From the human T2T-CHM13v2.0 reference genome, Homo sapiens, in NCBI RefSeq assembly GCF_009914755.1, contig NC_060940.1: DNA of 64,000 bases. The stretch is one strand, 5' to 3'. Positions 41,821-55,950 of the stretch are shown here, in pieces. The stretch's first letter is position 1. The number at the start of each line of letters is the position of its first letter. The notes beneath the pieces were generated by a model. That model made no database searches. It saw only the letters and a list, made by a program, of their open reading frames with translations, and had not been told where the DNA came from. Made by a program: the position numbers and the translations under genes.

Positions 41821-43821
41821 TTCTGGGATCATATTTTATTGATAACTGGTTTCTTGCTTATTTACTTATTCTCCGTATATTTATATCACCATCAATTTTG
41901 CCCATTTTATCAGCACTTTACTCTCATCACTGTTGTTACTTAAATTTAGGTCTGACAACTGTCTTTATAGTACCAAGGTCTCACATCCACACACTACCTT
42001 CGTCTTTCAAATAGTATTATTTTTTCTTTTAGCAACAGAAAAGGGTTGTTTATGATGTAGTCCTGGTAGTCAGTGTCTACTTTGATACGTCAAGGAGGAA
42101 TTCACTGAACAGAGGTGATGTATTTGTTTGTTTTTCTGCACCAAACCTGCATGCAGCAACTCCCTTGTGACTTCTATTGAGCCAGCTAGAAATAAGAATG
42201 AACGCTCTTTTTTTAATGACAGCTTTGTTTCTGAAACTCAGCATTGTGGGGCAGTTCACTATCAAGGTTTCAGACTATTGCCGTCATTGAGCTGCTTTTA
42301 TGGAGCTGGTTGAAATCTGTGTTATTATACTAAGAGTCCATTTCATGATGCTATTAGATTATCCATGAAAATGCATTAGGGAATCTTCAATATCGTCATG
42401 GAAACCCTAACAAAAACCACATATAAATGTACTACCTCTTGAAGTATCAAAACCAGTGTCGCAACATTGAGGCCCCAGGGAAATAATTGGAAACGATGAT
42501 GATGACTCCTGGTGAGCCATGCCTTTAAATGGATACAGGAAGTCTCTAGAGTCAAAGGACAGAGTCTTTGAATGAGACAGGGCAAAACGACTGCTGATAA
42601 GAGTGCCCAACATTGGATATTATCCCTTAAGAATTGCTATTGGGATGTATTGAAATACTTTTCCCTATATTTTTTTCATTTGTAACAATTATCCAGGGGC
42701 TCCTATGCTGGAACCAGGCCCCCGTAGCTTAAATAGGTAGAAACCTGGTTGCGTTGACTTTTCCACTGCAGACCTTTACATGTACACTCAAAGCAATCCT
42801 TAGTGCTTTGGCTTGTGTTGAGAAACAAGAGATGGAAAATACATGGTAGCTTCAACACTTTCTAACTAAAGTATGGTTGACTTCTGCTCTCTAGGGTCTG
42901 AGTGGCAGACAGATATTATAATATCCTAGTATTACGATTATAATACAACTGAGGCCTTGAGCTTACTAAAAAGAATATTTACTCAAACTGTTTCTTCTCA
43001 AGCTAGAACAAAACTTTTCTCTAAAACAGAGATATAAATCCACATAAAACTTTTGTGATTTTGAACTTTAATACTGTGAGACATATGTCCATTGGATCTT
43101 GTTTTTGTTTTTCTTTTCCTCCAAAGTAAGAAATTAAAACACCCTAGGTAAAATGAAGCCATAGGGTATATGATTTTGATAGCCTGTTGTTGTTGTATTT
43201 TAAGTTAAATTGTGTATTTGGATTTTGTGTTACAGTATCTTCTGTGCATTTATTCTTGCATACTTATAGACAGGTAAGTTTTCTTCTGTGGAAAGTCTTT
43301 GAATTTGCAACTTAAACCTTGAATTCTGACAGATACAATGATCTGAATTCTGCGCTTATCACAAAGCTCCATTTCCTTATACAGTAGGATGGAGTGATTC
43401 AAAGTGTTATTTATTATTTAAGGGATGTATCGGGCAAGTAAAAAAATTACCAATATGTATATTTTCAGATGATCAAATGAAAAATAAATACCAAGCTGAA
43501 CTGTTTGATAGTCTAAGAAGCAGTTTATAATGAGTATATGACAAGGTTGTAGACTTTACTTCTGCTTTATATCACTAAAGTCCATGTAGCATGACCTTAA
43601 ATTCTGTGGAAAGGTTTGTAGCTCTTTCAGCTACGCTTGTCTCAACTTGATCATGCCCTGAGAAAGGGAATTAACTTGTTTAGTATCTTTATAAAATTGC
43701 CATACATTTCTGTATTTTTGATCAGTGGTGTCACAATGATAGTTTATAGGATACTTTCATGTATGCATAATCCTAAGGATTATTGTCCTGATTTAATGAC
43801 TTGATGAAGAACATACATCTA

Positions 43822-44220
<399 letters not shown>

Positions 44221-44289
44221 TCATGGATAATATGAACAAGCTGTCACAAAAGTGATTATGTGCATATGGGAATGTTGTTATTTCCATCA

Positions 44290-46370
44290 GGCCCCTATCT
44301 CTTCACTTCCTTCCATATCTGGCTCCCTCTTGCTCTTTTGAGTTCACCTTCAGCACCAAAAAATATCATTGACTATTTAATCCAGTTGTCCTTTCATCAT
44401 ATTTGCCTGTCAAAATCCTAGCCATGGTTCAGTCTAATTGTCCATCTTAGTTAAACCTATACCTGGATTGTCCAACATTTCAAGGCATAGATGTTGATGT
44501 TTATCAATTCATAATTGCTATCCTTACTGGGTTAAGGAACTGTACGGCAACACTGCAACCCTCTAGTTTCCTCCCTCCCATTCACTACAGCAGCCACCTA
44601 AATTTTACTTCACTCATGTGGATATCCTACTCCACCATCGTTTTCCCATTCTCAGCAAATGACCCACGTCTGATGGCAAAGGGAAAACAGGGTCTGTCAT
44701 CTGTAACTCCTTAAGCTCATGCTACTAAGACTCATGTTGCTTGGTCTTGACATCCACCCTTAATCCTGCCTTCTTAAGTCAATAGAATAGTCATTCCTCT
44801 TTCATTTTAAAGTTAAACCCTATGCTCATACTCACAGTCTGTCTCCTCTAGCTTCTACAGTGACCTAGACTCATCAGTTATCTCTGCCTTTCTGTATCTT
44901 CAACTTTTTCCTCTGTCCTGACCCCTTCTCCTTGGCATTGTTCCCACGTTTACCTACAGCCATGTCCCTACCTCTCTTCTACTTTGTAGCAGAAGTCCAC
45001 TGGCTCTACATCTTCATTGCACAATCTCTTCTGCACTGCAGTCTGCCTTTCACCCTTTTTGACCCAATGAAGTTTCATTTGCTCAATCACCAATAAATTA
45101 TTTAGTACTAAATCCCAAGAAACAATGTTACACTATTGATATGGTTTGGCTGTGTCCCCACCCAAATCTTATCTTGAATTCCCATGTGTTGTGGGAGGGA
45201 ACTGGTGGGGGATAATTGAATCATGGGGGAGGTCTTTCCCATGCTGTTCTTGTGATATTAAGTCTCATGAGATCTGATGGTTATTATGAGGTGGGGGTTT
45301 TCCTGCACAAGCTCTCTTTTTGCCTGATGCCAACCAGGTAAGATGTGACTTGGTGTTCCTTGCCTTCTGCCATGATTGTGAAGCCTCCCCAGCCATGTGG
45401 AACTGTAAGTTCAATAAACATCTTTCTTTTGTAAATTGCCCAGTCTTGGGTATGTCTTTATCAGCAGCATGAAAACAGACTAATACAGCCATTATCTAGT
45501 TTGACTATATGGTTGCCTTTGATATATGGCCATGTGTTCCTTGTTTAAATAGTCTTGGATTCATATTATTACCTAGTTTTAACTAACTTAGGTTTTCTCC
45601 AACTTTTTTGTCTGATTATCTTAAAGTCCATTTGTCTCTCTAGTTTTTACAGTTTTTTTGAGGTTTCTGTGCCAATTTTTCTTGTATTTTTCTTTTACAT
45701 GCTCTTTCTAGGCTATCTCATCTATTTCCAAGAGTGTAATTAATATCTACATGTTGATGATTCCCAAATCACTGTCAAGCACACAACTGTTGAGTTTTAG
45801 GCCAGATTTATTTGACATCTCCACTTTGATATTCCACGGAGAGTTCAAACTCTGTCTGAAGTAGGGGTCATGTTCTTTGTCTCCTGGTTTTTTTCTTTTC
45901 CATGATTCTTCTATCTCAGTTATGTAAACATCATTAACAAGCTTTTTAAGCCAGAAAACTGGACTTCTGGTTTTGCTTGACCTTTATTTTTCCTTCATCT
46001 TTAATTCATCAAATCCAATCATATGTTGAGTTTGGATTTATTTTCTAACTCTGAATTATCTTAAAAGTGTGTTCACTTCATTTTTGTGGAAACCACCCTA
46101 GTTTGGGACAACATCTTCTCTTGCTATTGGAGATCCAGTGCTTTTTGTTTCTTATTTATATTCCAGGTACAAGGTTAGTTGCAACTGCTTTCTCACTTAT
46201 CATCCTATCTTTGAATTGTCCCCCTTCAATACAGACCATAGGCCAGAATGATGTTCTAAAATCCAAATCTCTTAATTTTTGCTTGCAAAATAAAGTCCAC
46301 ATTTCAGCGTGGCTGACAGTGTACTCGGGGTATGGTCCCTGTATCTCTCTTGAGTCTCATTTTTCATTAT
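44290..46370 (+). mobile_element. Old L2 body, split by THE1
   Basis: Pyrimidine-rich L2 motifs (ctgcagtctgcctttcaccc, atgttgatgattcccaaatc, ttgacatctccacttt, ggccagaatgatgttctaaa); boundaries approximate. Confidence 0.6.
45137..45487 (+). mobile_element. THE1A-like MaLR solo LTR
   Basis: tgatatggtttggctgtgtccccacccaaatc...tttgtaaattgcccagtc...cagactaataca. Confidence 0.93.
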
Positions 46371-46469
46371 TATCAAATGCTAATTATCAAAATGCTCATG
46401 CTTTAATTTGGACTTGTGTTTTTGGTATACCTTCCTTTACTAGGCTTGATAGGAAGCTCATGGTTCATT

Positions 46470-47120
46470 GAAGGCAACAACAAAACCCAAACATAACTCA
46501 ATCTTTGACAGGACTGACTCAACCTTTCACTCTGACAAGACAGAAAAAGAGACATTTCCAGGCATAGATATGATATACTTTAGTCTCTTTTATTCTATAC
46601 TTTATGTCTGGCAATTGACAAAACATTATGAGACATGTAAAAAAATAGGGAAAAGCAACCCATTGTAAAGAGACAATGCAATAAACAGAATCAGACTCAA
46701 ATGACCCACGTGTCAGAATTACTACACAGGAACTTTAGTGCTATGGGGCTATATATTAGTCCATATATACATTAGACCCTATATACTAGTGCTATGGGAT
46801 TATATAAAGTGAACTAAAATACAGGTAAGTTGAGTTTAAGGAAGGAAAAAGAGATAATAGAGAAGAAGAAATATTTCAAGAGATAATGGTAGAGAATTTT
46901 CCAAAAATTAGTGAGAGATGTTCAATCACGAGTACAAGAAGTTTGAAAAACCCCAAGCTAAATAAATAAAAACACATACCTAGACTTATAGAGTCAAACT
47001 ACTTATGATCAAAGTTAAAGAGTAAATCATGAAGGCAGAGAAATAAAGGGCACATTGCATTAATAAGAATTACAGCCAACTTCTCATCAGAAACTAAGCC
47101 AGAAAGCAATGGAGCACTTA
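46470..47120 (+). mobile_element. Ancient L1M 5'/ORF1 remnant
   Basis: gaagaaatatttcaagagataatggtagagaattttccaaa...aagaattacagccaacttctcatcagaaac. Confidence 0.7.
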
Positions 47121-48184
47121 ATTCTGGTATTTAATGACAATGGAGTATTTAATCCCAACATCTTTACTTATATTGAAATTGTCTTCATGTTGGTCAGGGG
47201 AACCAATTACTGTTGGCTTATGTATACTTTAAATAATCTAAGTATCATCTGATAGATTCCATGCTTTTTGTTATTAAATGATGTTCCAGGCACATTTTGT
47301 CTATTTCCTGTTTCAACATTCGACAATCTGAGTGGAAAGAGTACTGATTTGATTGATAGTATACTGATGATAATTTCTATTTCCTTTTAGTAGCAGGACC
47401 AGAAAATATAGTTTTTTTAAAGACAATGCATGCATTACAAAGTCATGCAGGTAATTTGAATTCAAATTAGAACAATAGGATTTTTGTTTAGCCTTATGTA
47501 TCTTGTTTCTCTCTCTCTTTTATCCCATACAAATAATTCTGTACCTCAGCGACATCTACAGAATTATTTGCCTTAACCCACACTTTACATGCAAAATTGT
47601 AATAACAATACCAACACCAGCAACAAAAATATGATTGCTGAAAGTCAACATTGTCAAACCTCTTGAATTTCTATGCTTTCTTGGTACCAATAAGCCCCTT
47701 AAGATGAATTATGTCCTGGAATTTAAGTTAAATCAGAGTTTTTGTCTTATGGCACACAGTAAATGTGATGGCTTTGGCTGACAATATCTTCTGAAATGAA
47801 ATTCCAACATCTATTCAATGTTGCTTTAATCTGTGGTAGATAATAATTCTTGACTGTATTAAGAAATAATGGAAGAGGTAAAATGCCTTTTAAAAAAGAA
47901 TACCATCAGACTCTTGATGATGAATAATTCTGGGTATGGAAAATATATCTTCAAATGTATAACTAAATTGATTCCCTAAGGTTTGACTTCAAAGAATTTA
48001 CTTGAATCCTGCCAGTACCTTCATTGCATTTGCTAAGCTCCTTACAATAACTTTAGTTAGAGATGAAGCCCCAGTCTGGCTGTAGGATTCATAGGCAAAG
48101 CCTATTAGTGCCACATTACACTTTCATTAGACAACCTCTCCCTCAGTCACTTAGTAGAGTGGTTATGGTTGCAAGAATGGAGGT

Positions 48185-48570
48185 TGTATTACACTGCTAA
48201 GGATGCCATAACAAAATACCATGAACTGAGTGGCTTAAACAACAGAAATTAATTTTCTTATAGCTGTAGAGGATGGAATATAAGATGAGGATTTCAGCAG
48301 TATTGGTTTCTCTTGAGGCCTTTTTTCTTGGCTTGCAGATAGCACCTTCTTGTTGCATTCTCATTTGGCTTTTTCTCTGTGTGTACATGTTTGGTGTCTC
48401 TTCCTTTCCCTCTTCTTATAAGGACACCAGGCTTAGTGGATTAAGAACCCTCCCTTCTGACTTTATTTAATATTAATTACCTCTTTAAAGTCTCTATCTC
48501 CAAATATAGTTACATTGGCGTTAGGACTTTAACATCTGAATTTTGAGGGGAAACAAGTCAGTCCATAACA
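48185..48570 (-). mobile_element. MaLR solo LTR (MLT1A0-like)
   Basis: tgtatt...gccataacaaaatacca...cagtccataaca; TSD gaggt/gagga. Confidence 0.9.
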
Positions 48571-50004
48571 GAGGAATGTACAGACAAAACTTGGGGTCTT
48601 CCTCACCAAGGGTTATCTAGTTGCTTCTATACTGAGTGACCTACTTTATAGCAGCAGAGACCAATATTGAGCCTTAGATGTGGTACCACTTCTCATAAAT
48701 CCCAAAGAGAACCCTTCACTTCACAGGAAGCAACATTTTATCTTTAGCAGACTCAACACATACTCCAATGCTTTTTGTAGCTCTACCATCCAAAGCTTAC
48801 AGATAAACTTATCCATTGGCATATTATTCTATATAACATTTTCTTGGATTCCTAAGCAAGAATTCACTCTTCAAGCCAGTACTCCAATCCCTAGAGGCAA
48901 ATTGTCCGAAATGATGATGAAATTATCCATTGAAGGTTCACCTAAGACTTTGACAGGTAGGGTGTCTGACCTCCAGGATGTGTTGTGGTTTATCTTTTGA
49001 ACGAAGAACACAAATGGTATGCTCTTCCAAGGAAAAAAGGAGGTAAAAGAAGATAGCTTCAGATGAGAAATTAATCAAAGCAATATCCAAAGACGGCAGA
49101 AAATTATTGAAAATAAACCAAATAGAGGAAGATTCTTGAATTGTAATGTTTGAGTGAAGTTTTATACTAAAAGATGCCTTGACCAAAGTTCCTTCATCTA
49201 CAATCAAACTTCTAAAACTTTCTCCATCATAGATGCTGTCTTTCCCTTCCCTGACTCTTGATATCCCCTCATTGCTGCCTATTTTTAAGCCTTTGGATTT
49301 AGCAGGACCGAAATGTGGGAATATATTTTAAGTTTATGATGTATGTTTAGCTTAGGCTGGGAAGTAATTATTTGAAAAGTACATGTTTTCTAAAAAAGGT
49401 GCAAGATACAAATAAAACATATTATCATATAAAGCTTCTATCATCAAATAATACAGAACATCAGTCAACTTATCTCTAAATTGCCACTTGATAAAATGGT
49501 TCTACAGACTATATCCCTGAACATTATTGTCTAAGGGAATATTCTGAAGTGCCAGATATTTCATTATTTGAGTACATTTTTATAAAATGGAAATTTATTG
49601 ATTGTGATCAAATGGAAATTTAAAAATAAGTTATTTAAAATATCAATTTACTTGATTTCTAAAACATATATATGTATCTACACACATACTGATCCATATA
49701 TATAAATTCATATGTGTTATGTGTGTGTGTATATATATATGAAATTGCTAAACCTATTATGCAATACATTTTACTGAAATTATTGTAATATTTCTATAGA
49801 TGTGTTTTCATTTTTTAAAAAACTTCCCATGTGTATATGCCAGGTGTTCTAAAAGTAGTGTAACTATGTTTACAGAAATGGAGGAGAATGTACATTTGAA
49901 TTTCTTTTAAAATAATTTGTCTTTATGTCACTGTGAGGTGTCAAATGTCAGGTGACTGAGGCTTCTGTAGCTTCACAGCATCACCGGTAAATACCTTTAT
50001 GAGT

Positions 50005-50925
50005 ATTCTTTATTTTTCCATGTGGATTTGAGTCACCATCTGGTTCATTTTAGCCTGAAGGACTCTCTTTAGTATTTCTGGTAGGGCAGATCTGCTAGCA
50101 ACAAACTCAGTTTTTCTTTATCAGGAAATGTCTTAAGGCATGCCTTCAACACTCAGCAGGAATTTTATAATGTGCCTAGCCTGCATTTCCTGCTAGTGCA
50201 CAGCCTCCAGCTTAACCACAGGTGAAAATTTAGGAGATTCTCAGGTCTTTTCCTGGGCATATGCAGAGCCCTCTGTGTGTGGCCTTTTAGATTTCCAGAA
50301 ATATGTTGCAGCTTTTCAATCTCCCCCAAGGACATCTCATTCTCCAACTTTTCCTTTTAAACGTTATGACTACCCTATTGTTTGCCTCCTGTTCTCCACT
50401 ACTTCTGGCATTCACAATGTTAAACAATTGTCTCTAATAATTGTTTTTCACAAATGTCCTCTCCTCCCATTCCAGGAAAAATCTATTTGCATTGAGTCAA
50501 CTCTGAGTCAGTAAAAGTAAAGACAGCTTTTGCAAGTAGAATCTTCCAAAGAATTACCAAAGTGTTCAGATAATGACAATTATCTGAAATGGGGCTTTGA
50601 AGGAGCTCTGATCTGTTTTCTCTCCAATGACTAACATGCTACTGATCTCCGTGTGATGTGCAGCTGTTATCCTCAAGGCTGTCACTGAGCTGGCATGGGA
50701 GAATGAGAATAGGGCAAGTTAATAAAACACCACAAATCTCACAAAACACCTGAGATTTAGCAATTTTTCTTTAATAAACACTCTCAGGATTGCCTCAAGC
50801 CTCTGGTTAATTCCAGAGTCCTGAGCATGTTGATTTGAACAATTTTTACCAGTTTCCTCATCGCTTTGATGGAGGAGAGGATTTTTGGAGGGTTTTTTTA
50901 CTCCATTATTTTCACTGATATCACC
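50005..50925 (-). mobile_element. L1MC/MD-type 5' region fragment
   Basis: ttagcctgaaggactctctttagtatttctggtagggcagatctgctagcaac; ctcaggtcttttcctgggcat; ggttaattccagagtcctga. Confidence 0.7.
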
Positions 50926-51016
50926 TATTCAGTCCCTCTTTGGTTCTCATTTGGGTCAAAGTGAGATGAAATATACTAAAAATATTAAAAAGGTGCCAGG
51001 TAGAAGCTGGGCAAAA

Positions 51017-51122
51017 CTAGATGATGGGTTGATAGGTACAGCAAACCACCGTGGCACACGTATACCTATGTAACAAACCTGCACGTTCCGCACATGTATC
51101 CTAGAACTTAAATAAAATAAAA
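51017..51122 (+). mobile_element. Short L1PA (8-13-like) 3' terminus
   Basis: gatgggttgataggtacagcaaaccaccgtggcacacgtatacctatgtaacaaacctgcac...agaacttaaataaaataaaa. Confidence 0.88.
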
Positions 51123-52304
51123 CCCCAGAGATGGTTGTCAATTTTGTCCTTTAATATGTATGCAGATTGTACAGATTTTGGGGAACTCATTTTGGGGGGC
51201 TGCTGGTCATCAAATGGAAAACCTATTTTATGAATGTGTCATTCTTGAATTTAAACACATGAGCGTGGGGTGGATGAGGAGGGTAGTGTGATTGCAGGTG
51301 GCACTGCAAATGAGCTGGTGCATCTTAGCAAAAAAAGAGATGGATGCCAGGGCCAAGGATTTCCATTGGTTCAGATAAACTGCTAAGAAGAAAATCCAGA
51401 TATAGAATAAGTGAGTTGAAGACAAGGAAGAGAGAAGGCTGAGAGAGGTGAGAGGAGGACAGACGGAAGAGGGAATAAACTAAATAAATGAAGAGAATTT
51501 GATGGCTCATTAAGAAGATCATAAGCATAGGAGGGAGATTCCTGGTGGAAAGGAACTAGTAGAATTGCTTGTATTTCTGGTTTCAGCTTCAAATGTACTC
51601 TTATTTCTCCTCCCAATTTAAATCGAACTTTTCCTCTCCCTTTAGAAGTGGCAGAGTAATCGTAGCAAAATGATTGTAAGCATATGGTGTGTGTTAATGT
51701 GATTGTTTGCCTCCTCATTATGGATTTAGTATGACCATTAACATCTAACTGCCTAATTTCCCAATCACCATTGAAAAATTAGAGCTGCATCATTGCCACC
51801 CTAGTACTCGCCATAATAATTTTGTCATTTCTAGAAGCATTTGATCTTCGCAAAATGATGCAGATCATTTGCTTTTGTATTATTTTGACTTTTGCCCTAC
51901 ATTGGCATGATTTATTTGTGAATTATGTTTCTGTATAAAATAAAAATTACACACTTAACCATCTTGTATCTAAAAACTAAATTGTAGTTATCTAATTTTT
52001 AGGATACCTTTTCCTTAGGAGGTTAACATTTATTTGCTCTTTTTATATCTTGGTCCATATCAAAGCTTAAAAAATTATTAACTACATGAATATAGTAAAA
52101 TACCCAAATCTTCTCATGCTTTGTTAAATTGTTTTCATAAATGACTAAGAATAAATTCTTACTGTGTGCGCAGGTGTAATTCATTATTTAGTTGCAAGAA
52201 GTTCCTATGAAACTGAATGAAGGCTGGTTTGTTTCTTATTAAAGAAGGATGTGTGACCTAAGCAATTTGAACATTGTATAAAAACACATTAGGAAGTGCA
52301 AATA

Positions 52305-52495
52305 TGTATACACATTCACACCCACATGGCTACATACAAGATCATATATTTACACACACACACACACACATATATACTATTTCTCTCTCATAGAGACACA
52401 AATACTTAGCACTCCACAAAACACACACACACTCACAGTTACCCACACAATCACGTCTATACAGTATTCCCATACTCATTCTCACAGGCATATGC
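52305..52495. repeat. CA-rich low complexity / (CA)n
   Basis: Several cacacaca runs. Confidence 0.8.
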
Positions 52496-53476
52496 AAATA
52501 AAGATAGTTATTTAAAATGTACAGTGAAATTTTCTACTTGGTTTGGAATATGGAGAATTGTTTTGTTTTTTTGACACTGCACTATTTTCACTGGTATTAA
52601 GGGGTAAACCTGCTGAGATATTTCTGCCTTTCAGCTGGATATGAATAAACAGAACTATTTATGCATTTCATTTGGAAATATATGGAATGCTTTTATTAGA
52701 TTTCAACCCTTAATTTTCTCTTGAGGTATTTGATTAATCTTAAAAGCATCTGAGCCAGAAATGCACACATTAAGTTATCACTTTAATTCTTTCTTTAAAA
52801 ATATGGTCAATTATAAATTTCCAAAAAAGAAAATAAATAGGCATCAGTTAAATATATCTCCCATTAGGATTGCAGCTAAATGCAGTGATTCTACCTGTTC
52901 TAAACTTTATGCCTAGTTTCTAATGCCTTTATTTCTACTGGTTCTTCTGATTTAGCAGGTTTTTATTTCATAAATATTCACCCCACACTTAATCTAGGCA
53001 AGTATACCACATATTCAAATTCTGTCTAGCCCAGGACAATTGGAAATAGCTGCATAGGTTGTCAGTTGGACAACTGTATGAGGTGGCTGTATGTATATCA
53101 TCTTGTCTCTATCTTGAAGATGAAGATATGTAGCAATGTGTAGAAACAACACGAGCCTCGCCTTGCCTTTTTTTTTATTAAGGAGAGGTCTGAATGGGGC
53201 CAGAAAATTGTAGAGAGCAATGATGCTCTGATGAGCCTCCATACTTTGCCCCAGGCCATTGGCATTTTAGCTGAAGGAATATTCTGTGCATTTGTCATTT
53301 GGGAATTTTAGAACTTACACTTCAAGAAACCTTAGCCCTAATTCGTCAGTTTTCCTTTCCCCTAAATACGCCCTTAGAGATGAGAAAAGGGAAGCTCCCA
53401 GAGGAAAACAACTTGTTCTAAATCACACAAATAGTTTGTGTCAAAGCCAAGACTGTAATAATAGTCTTGATAATAA

Positions 53477-54043
<567 letters not shown>

Positions 54044-54741
54044 TCCCTTAAGGATTTCTAATCACCCATTACCTAAGTGATTACTTGCTGTTGCTTCTTT
54101 TCCACTATCTAAATCATGAATACCTGGACAGAATAAATTCCATCATGCACCTTCTGAAGAATATGCAGTTTCCTTCCCTCTAAATTCTTGTGTCATGTTT
54201 AGTGGCTTGTATCTGATGGTGAGTGATTTGTCAATACCATGGCCTGAAGGAATATGTACCAGCTCCTTATTTTTAATTATTGGTGACTTATCTCCATTGG
54301 AAATAGCCTTTGAAATATTGTCCAGAAGCTCTTCTGTTACCCAATTTTAAATGTGAAAGCTGAACATCATGGAAAAAGCTCTTCCAGTTTCAAGAGTATG
54401 CAAATGATAGTACTGACTCAAAATGAATGTGAGCTAAGAACTTGCTTGACACACTAAATGTAACTCACTCCAGAAGTATATACTCAGTATTGGAAGGAAG
54501 TATATACTCAATATTTTTTATGATTAGTATGAGTTTTTTTAAGTATCTTTATTGAATTAAGTTGGTTTGAGACTTTAAAGCAAAGGGGATATTTGAGCAG
54601 GTAGAGATGTCCAAAATGGAAATGTTGTCAACTCGTAGTTGACTGGAGTTCAACCAATTTAGTGGTACAGAGATTAATTAGCCTTGATTTGATCTATTGT
54701 TATATTTGCAGACTCTTTTTTTAATAGGTACAGAAGATGTC

Positions 54742-55165
54742 TGGTGGTTTAGAAGGTTTTTATGAAGATTTATATATATATAATATAATATATATAAATC
54801 TATATATATAAATATTATATATAAATCTATATATAAATCTATATATAAATATTATATATAAATCTATATATAAATATATATAAATACATATATAAATCTA
54901 TATATATAAATATTATATATAAATCTATATTTATATATAATATATATTTTATACATATATAAATCTCTATATAAATATTATATATAAATCTGTATCTATA
55001 AATCTATAAATATAATATATAAAAATTATATGTATTATATATATTAATCTTCATAAAAATCTTCTAAAGCACCAAAGATGGTTTATATTATATATATAAT
55101 ATATAATATATAAATCTTCATAAAAATCTTCTAAACCACCAAGTATTTTATATATATATATAATG
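54742..55165. repeat. Palindromic AT-rich repeat with 31-bp inverted arms
   Basis: Left arm 54742-54772 is the reverse complement of 55111-55141 (1 mismatch) and 55044-55074 (3 mismatches); TA-rich interior. Confidence 0.93.
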
Positions 55166-55744
55166 TAAAGATAGATAATTATACTTATTATTCAGATAGA
55201 AGTTTTGTTTTTAATTTAATTTGTACAGGTAGCTGTTTTATACCTGTATTATTTTTCCTTCTATTTTTGCCTGGTATGTTGTAGGATGTGGCAGGGAGGT
55301 GGAAAATTCCTGAGATCAAACACTATTTCTAGGTAGCTGCTTCCTTTGCTGTGAATTTACTGTTAATCCTCTTAGTCATAATCTCTGCAATTGAACATAT
55401 AGCTCCATTTTCCAAGTTGAAAATGCCAAATATCATTTCAAAGTGATTAAAAACCTGGTGATAAAAAAGTACCAATAACATTCTCATTTTATGACTATTT
55501 CTTTGGATGATTTCCTTAAGATGAAGGAGCAATAATAATGTGTGAGGCTTTAATATTAAGTATTTAGAGACTTTAATAATTTGAGATTAATATTTATAAA
55601 ACGTTTATGGCAAGATAGTGAACATTTAATGAAAATGTCTCAAGTTACATTAGTAATATTAGATTGACCCATATAATAGTAAAATATAAATGCATTTTCC
55701 CAATGATTCTTGACAAGTTTGTATATGGAAATATGAGTGATGGG

Positions 55745-55950
55745 ATGAATGTGGGCTTTGGAATTATTCAGACTTATTAGTAATGGGAGCTTCAGAAAGT
55801 TAATTGTGCTCTGAAACCTCTTTTCTTATTTAGTAAATGACAATGGTAATTCCTGTCTTGCCTGCTTTTCTTAAAGAATTAATGATATATTGTGCAATAA
55901 CCTAGCATAATGATTTGAAGGTAGTGATAGTAATAGTGATAATAGTAACA
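55745..55950 (+). mobile_element. MIR
   Basis: gtgggctttggaatt...ctgaaacctcttttcttatttagtaaatgacaatggtaattcctg. Confidence 0.55.
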
